Shown here: in pieces, positions 57,793-64,000 of the stretch
Position numbering within the stretch: the first letter of the stretch is position 1
Layout: each line of letters opens with the position of its first letter
From: Chlorokybus atmophyticus
Lineage: Eukaryota; Plantae; Mesostigma and Chlorokybus algae
NCBI GenBank assembly: GCA_009103225.1
Contig: RHPI01003788.1
Coordinates: 23,712 to 87,711 of the forward strand
Direction of reading: 5' to 3'
Length of the DNA: 64,000 nt
Made by a program: the position numbers and the translations under genes
Notes under the pieces: model-generated
What the model saw: only the letters and a program-made list of their open reading frames with translations
Told to the model about the DNA's origin: nothing
Databases searched by the model: none

Positions 57793-59411
57793 CCGCCCCC
57801 GGCATCGTCATCGATGAAAGCGGACTCGATGGTGTCCCTGCCGTTGCCTTCGGGCAACTCGTCCTCTTGCTGGCAGACGTTTTCTACAATATTGTCAATG
57901 ACGGGCGACGTTGCCACACTGCCCCATCTTTCTGCATTGTTGTCTCTGTGAATGGCAAAACGGCGAGTCAGTCACGTTCCTGTTTGCTATGCCATACGAA
58001 AGCCTTGGGTCTGCACGTAGTATGTGTGTATGCATGGTCGTGAATGGGAGCATGTGTATATATGATTGTGCTCGCGCGCGCGTGCGTGTTTGAGTGCGAC
58101 ATACGTGGCGACGTTGGTGACGTCGCTGTGTGCTTTCGATGATCCCGCGCGCTGCTCTGTGCTGCGTGCAGCGGCTGCTTCGTCCCCCCCCGTGGAGCTG
58201 GGAGACACGAGCCCCGGGACAAGCTCTGATGTTGGGGGCCTCGCTTCAGCAGCAGAGCCGCCGCATTGAGCGCGCAGCTAAAAGGAAAAAGAGTGTGTGC
58301 GCGTGTGGATGTGGGTGTGTGTCACTCAATGCAGCCTCGAGCGTCCATGCGTGTGCGTGTGCGTGGGTTGTGCCTACCTGGCGCTGGAGGTCTTCGCATT
58401 CGAGCGTCATGGCGGTCAGCTGCTGCTTGTACTGCGTCGCCTGCTTCTGCAACGTGGCGTTCTCCACGCGCAGCTCGGCAGCCTGCGTGCGCATGTGTAC
58501 GTTGGCACGTGCACGCGCGCGAGTGTGTATGCATGCATGTGCGTGGGGCTCCAGTACCAGGATCTCAAGCTTGTCAATATGCTCCTGTTTTCGGCGCCTC
58601 GACCGCCGCGCAGACTCGCGGTTGGCAAGCATCCTGCACAGAGGATGAAAGGGACAATCAACACCAGCATGATGTTGTGTTGTTGTGCACCGTTGCAGCA
58701 CCAACAGCCCACCTTCTCCTCTTGCGCGGGTCGGTGCCGAGCTTGTCCCCTGCCTCGTCCGCGGTGCCCCCCTCATGGTCGAGGTCGTCGGAGTTGCTCG
58801 GCTCGGAGGTCCCGCCACCGTCGGTGGTGGACGTGCGGGGGTTGGTTGATGTGGACATTGACCTCAGTAGCGCCTCAGCTCCAACACTGCCAGCAGCAGA
58901 GGGAAGCCCTGCGGGGGTCACGCACAAACCCTCTCCCCCGCCGTGCAGCGCAGCCAACTCAGCTTGAAAACCACCTGTCACGTGCATGCGCGTGTCAACA
59001 AAACATACACACGTACACACATGCTCACATGCGTTCATATACACATACACGCGTAATGTAAGTGCAGCACACGTGTGTGTGCTGCCGGCCATGTATGCAT
59101 GTGTGCATGGCCATGACACAGCATTGCAAAAAGACACGCGTGTGCTTTTGTGGTACTTGACTGTGAGAACACTAACCTGGGGTGAAAGAGGGTGAATAGA
59201 GGTGGACAGGCTGCTGCTGGTGATGGCCATAGTAGTTGTTGGCCGCCGCGGCGGCGGCGGCAGCGGCGGCGGCCCGGGCGGCCTGCGCCTGGAGGTTGGC
59301 CGTCAGCTGCATCATGCCCACAGGAAGCGGTGTGGTGGCGAAGATGGACGTCCGCCCCGTCCTGCCCGTCCTTGCCGGCGGCCCGCCAGAGGTCGACCCC
59401 CCGCCCGCCAT
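57793..59411 (-). CDS. bZIP transcription factor, plant group C-like (OPAQUE2/bZIP63-type); at least six exons
   Basis: Phase-consistent GT-AG exons 59411-59177, 58974-58713, 58633-58558, 58482-58378, 58277-58105 and 57945-57793 give ..SNSDDLDHEGG..TDPRKRRR|MLANRESARRSRRRKQEHIDKLEIL|AAELRVENATLQKQATQYKQQL..LQRQ|L... The true start and final exon are not resolved. Confidence 0.9.
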
Positions 59412-61051
59412 GCTGCCGCACACCCTCGCCCACGCCCACGACAATGACAGACACCACCCCCGCCCAGGCCACAGCAAAGCCTAACACGCACACCCACAAC
59501 ACGGCAAGCCACTACGCCTAACACCCTCACCCCCAACCCAGCCACGGGCCCTCGCTGTGGCGCTCACACGCCCATACTCATGGCCATGCTCAGGCGCATG
59601 CCGCCGCCGCCGGCTGCTCCCTGCGACACTTTCAGTGGCAGGCTCACACACTCGAACAGCAATCATCGCCTAAAGCAGTGTGAACAGCAGCGGGGGCAAA
59701 AAGCGATGGAAAAAGAGACACCCCGCTTTTTTCTTCCCAAACGCAATCGAGCAGGCCTCAATCATGCCATGAGTGGTCGTGAAAAGGGCGATCCACCAGT
59801 CATTGGCACATCAAAGCCGCGATGTGTTGCAAGACATTTTCTGTGTCGCGAGGGGTGAATCACAGTCTCCGAATCAAATCAGTCAATCGCAAGTCACGTC
59901 CCCACTGTGCCGAGATTTGTGCCAATCACTAGGGCGGCCCGCAGGCAAAAGGGAGTCCTTTCTGAGGATCCATGCTTATACAAGTTGATAAACAACCTTT
60001 GCTTTGGGACATGCGAACTGTTCGACTCGAACACATGTGTATGCGAAGCGTTATGAATCGCGCGGCTGTGGGCCTTTTTCTCGCGCCGTTTTATTGATTG
60101 TGACTGCCCGCTTCGTAGCTCCATTGTTTGAATAACCGCCGAGCAGCTTGATGCCTCATGATAGACGCCACTCATGAGCTCGGTCAGTACCCTTCCCTGT
60201 CAGATGTCGGTCTGTAGCCGCAGGCGGGGGAGAAACGATCCTCCCTGGCGTCGGGCAGAGGACAGCGGCGCTGATCTTCCTGCGATTGCCAGACGACCGC
60301 TCTTTTCAGCGCTTGAGGCAGCTGTGGTCGTCGGCACGCGCAGAAGCAGAGGCGATCACAGCACATGATTGCAATGATTGCTGGACTGCCCCATCCTGTT
60401 TGGCCGCACTCTTTCGCGGGTTGAAAGTGTGCAAGGGATATGGGGACAGCAGAGGGCGATAGAAATGGGGGACGTGGCCCCGAATGCGGCCCTGTTCTGC
60501 TCCGCGCTAATGACCCCACATGTACACTGTACCTGTCCTCGCCGATGTTCTAAACACTGTAAAGCCTCTGAAGTTTAAGTCATACACACATTAACCGTAT
60601 CGGTACGGTTCTGTCCTTTTATTCGGCCAAGGATACAAATAAATTTCAACGACTATAACCACTGCATGTATTCATGAAACATTGGTGCATGATGCAATAC
60701 AATGGCATATCAAGATAAACTAGCGGTGCGGCTGATTGGGCGGGATTGGGCCGGCCGGCCGGCGGGGAGGCCGGCATTAGGGCACAAAGACACATCACGC
60801 GCACTGAGGGCCATCACACACGGCACTCGAAACTACATGCCTGCCGCGCATACCGAGCAGCCCGCCTGCCTCTCATTGACTATGCGACGTTTATCAGCTA
60901 TCGGCCATTAGATTTGTGTTAAACAAATCTCAATATTCCAAAGCACATCCCCATATCGTGCAATTGCACAAAGTATATGCGAATGAATAAAAGAATCCAT
61001 ACATTTTGAGCACAATATGCACGGTCACATATGCGTTATGTGTGCGTTATA

Positions 61052-61519
61052 CAGTCCACCCCCGCTAAAAGACTTGACTCCAAGAGAATAACCCCTTGTA
61101 GCATACGTTTTGAGATCACCGACGATGCTACGGCAAATGTTAATGCTTTAGAGAATATGACTAACCGCGAAGAGCATATTATTTTGCATAACATTTTTGC
61201 AAACGTAAGTGTGCAACGTAAGTGTTAACATTGAGGGAGTAGCGCGTGACGGGTTTGTCATCAGGAGTAATGAGTGTAATGGACAAGGCGTGATGGGTAC
61301 AGTGCAACGCGTAATCAGCATAATGAGCGTGATGGCATAATAGACGTGACGTAATGCGCGTGATGTAATGGGTGTGATGGGCGTATTAAACTGCTTTATA
61401 GCATACAGATGCTCTTAATGTTTAAGACCATATTATGCTCTTTATCGCCAAGAATATAACCCCGCCAGGAGCAAACTATCTTTAAACATAAACAGTATGC
61501 TATTAAAGGGGGTAGACTG
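61052..61519. mobile_element. 468-bp pogo/Tigger-family MITE
   Basis: TA-CAGTCCACCCCCGCTAAAAG (61052) and reverse complement CAGTCTACCCCCTTTAATAG ending at 61519, followed by TA. It carries the CAAGAGAATAACCCC subterminal motif shared with the 1778 and 61570 ends, and internal GTGAT/GTAAT repeats. Confidence 0.75.
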
Positions 61520-61569
61520 TACAATAAATGTTTCAATGTAATTATGTACAACTATGTACCTTAACTGTA

Positions 61570-61655
61570 CAGTCTACCTCCACCATAAAATTCACGTGTA
61601 TCTTTCAGCTTTCATTCCATCAACGGGGTTATTCTCTTGGCGATTACAATAATAT
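61570..61655 (+). mobile_element. Left terminus of another CAGTCTAC-family element (right end not found)
   Basis: TA-CAGTCTACCTCC..; about 85 bp similar to 1778-1860. Confidence 0.6.
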
Positions 61656-62644
61656 ATACCCTTTTATTCTTTACCGGCCGGCCTGTCGGCATTCAACCTT
61701 CATCACACATCCCGCGGCAGGGCCATCACACGGCACCCGCGACTGCCGGGCTGCGCGGCAGTATGTGCGGCCCGCCTGCTTCTCATTGGCTAGGCGGCGA
61801 GAACAAGCGTTAAACCGTTAGATCTGCCTAACACGATCCTGGCCGTCCAAAGCACATCCAATTCTCTAAGCGCATGCCAATAAATGTAAAATTAAGCACA
61901 GTTCTGCATACGTGGCCGCTTATGGCTGCACATTGATCATTTTAATGTGTTACAAATATTGATAAATATGCTGCAATATGGTGCAATATGGCTAGTAACC
62001 TGCAGTTAAGTGTTACAAAACTTAATTTAATGTAACGTTTACGCCACGGTATGTGCTGCGAATTTTCAGTTAGTAATGCCGAGGTTACAACCATGAAAAT
62101 AATGCTAACCTGAATTACCTTAACATTAAGATTCAACTAAACGAAAAATTGCATCGTTAGGCCACCATCTGGTCACGCATGGGATTGATCAAATGGGATC
62201 GCAACGGTGACAACAGCCAGTTGCTCAAAAAGGCAGCGAAATGGCCAATCATTGCAAAAATGCGTAAAAGATGCTAAAAAATATCTCAGCGGCAACCGCT
62301 TACCAACGGCGACCCAAAATTGCTAGGGATTTAGTGCAATTGCGGCACAGTTAGTGGTTAAAACGGCCGTGTTTTTGGCGGTACGAGGTCGGGGCAGGCC
62401 TCATACCCCAAAGACATGCCGCCACTACTCACCCTCGTTCTAACTAATCCACTCTACCCTTCAACGCTAATTGATTACACACTATAGTTACTGCGTCATC
62501 AAACATGGTCAACAGCCGAATAATTACTGCGGTAAAGATTTAGAACTGAACTTCATGTAACCCACTATGCGTTAAGTAAGTCATCATTGGCAGTTCCAAT
62601 GTTGCCAAGTTCCCCTTTTTATTGTGCGAGTTAATCTAACACTA

Positions 62645-63030
62645 TTGTACGCATACATACACATATATACATGTATATATACATGTATAAACATATATAT
62701 ACATGTACATACATATGTATATATATATGAGTACATCATGTATATATGTACATACATATGTATAAATACTTGTATATATACATATGTATGTATATATATT
62801 TATGTATAAATGTATATATGTATACATGTACATACATATGTATATGCTTATATATATACATATATATGTACATATATACATATATGTATATATGTACATA
62901 TATATATATATATATGCTTATATATACATATGTATGTACATATATACATACATACAAGTATATATATAAAAGTATAAATACATATGAATGTACATATATA
63001 TCCAAATATGTATATATATATACATATCTG
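62645..63030. repeat. (TA)n / (TATG)n / (TACA)n compound microsatellite
   Basis: Directly visible; the overlapping YI/MY-rich ORFs are artefacts. Confidence 0.95.
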
Positions 63031-64000
63031 TACATCAATAAAAAAACTAGCAGCTTTCATCCTGAACTACCAATGGTGACTTACTTAATACGCATGGTGG
63101 GTTACATGAATTATAAATGTAGATTATTACCGCAAGAATCATTTATCTTGTTGTGCCACCGTATTGCATCATACACCAATGTTTTGCTGCATATATACAT
63201 ATGGATGTATACATATTTATACATACAAACATATATGTATAGAAGTTAAGTAATCTTACAACATCCATATAGACTTTATGTATGCAAAAAATGCATCATG
63301 CATTGAACATGTTACCAAAATGTCAAGAAAAATACAAGGTGTTATTACGCAGCATATACCGCAGATGCAGATGACAAACTTAATACAGATTGAGGGGCGT
63401 CGAATACAGTTCACTTGTTGAGTTCGCGGATATTTACGATTGTTGTGTATAATGTTTGATGCTATGTTGCAATATAACAGTCATACGTGCTCCTCCTTGC
63501 TCAAAATGGCTAGGAATGTATAGTACACGCGAAAAATAGTGTTTTTATGTAGATAATTAACTCCAAAATACATTAAACAGGGTGTGAAATAACGTTATGC
63601 AAAACATGTAACAAGTCAATTAACTGATTGCATACGTAACGCAGAAAGGCTTAATTTCGGACTAACCATGTTGCATACACTTAGTCAAACGCCTCTTAAA
63701 TATATGCATCCATAATAGACTTATAATGATGTGTCCGATTACACACATCACGTGTTAAGAGTGGTTGAACGCCTCACACAAGCACATTGATTGACATGTG
63801 TGTGCATGCTTGGACCGGTTATCAGAGCAGCATCGACAGCAATCGTACATACCGTACTGTACCGTACCCTGCGCGATGGTTATGGGCCATAACATATGAT
63901 AACGCTTGGAGCGCTCCAATACTTTGAATCTTAAACTTTGATACTATAAAATCTAGACCGTGCATACTTGCACCGCGCAAGTCCCCCCCCCCCTTACCCG

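Larger units (their letters stand above)
60780..61870. repeat. Diverged ~180-bp direct repeat pair (60780-60960 and 61700-61870)
   Basis: Both contain CACATC.CGCG..AGGGCCATCACAC(AC)GGCAC.CG..GCCCGCCTGC.TCTCATTG.CTA.GCG.CG..TTAGAT.TG..CCAAAGCACATCC. Confidence 0.7.

Noticed and set aside
62624-63249. Multiple overlapping Y/I/M-rich ORFs (also 24855-25102, 27061-27423, 42453-42960)
   Set aside because: Microsatellite translation artefacts.

Overview
Eukaryotic, intron-containing genomic DNA, probably from a green-lineage alga. This is inferred from short GT-AG introns, a tRNA-iMet-primed chromovirus and a plant group-C-like bZIP; the species cannot be determined. It is a draft assembly with five N-gaps. 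About 1.8-50 kb is a nested transposon stack, resolved by reading termini and target-site duplications (TSDs). (1) A Tigger/pogo-type element (2468-24360) has its spliced transposase split by a 10.9-kb CACA...TGTG CACTA/EnSpm-type element (3460-14399, TSD TTG) and by a chromodomain Ty3/gypsy element (15980-23893, TSD AGAT), which itself carries a solo LTR (21346-22017). (2) A Fot1-like DD35D pogo element (~29952-39456) contains a second, internally deleted copy of the same CACTA element (32707-38796, TSD TAA) with two related solo LTRs. (3) A third Tigger-like element spans 39646-43062 (TA TSD). (4) An Academ(X)-like element (43075-49932) encodes a DDE transposase, an XPG/FEN1-like nuclease and a Cys-rich CXC finger. 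All transposon genes are damaged. Host genes lie on the right: a multi-exon, probably extracellular Pro-rich protein with three repeats of an unrecognised Cys-containing module plus a PAN/Apple domain (~50.4-54.6 kb, +), and a six-exon bZIP transcription factor (57.8-59.4 kb, -). Most interesting are the three-gene CACTA element with SAM-, Tudor-, BED- and WW-like cargo, a Dam-methyltransferase-like insert between gag and protease of the chromovirus, the Academ-like element, a micro-inversion between the two LTRs, and an apparent CHG-context deamination footprint. No rRNA, tRNA or CRISPR features were recognised.
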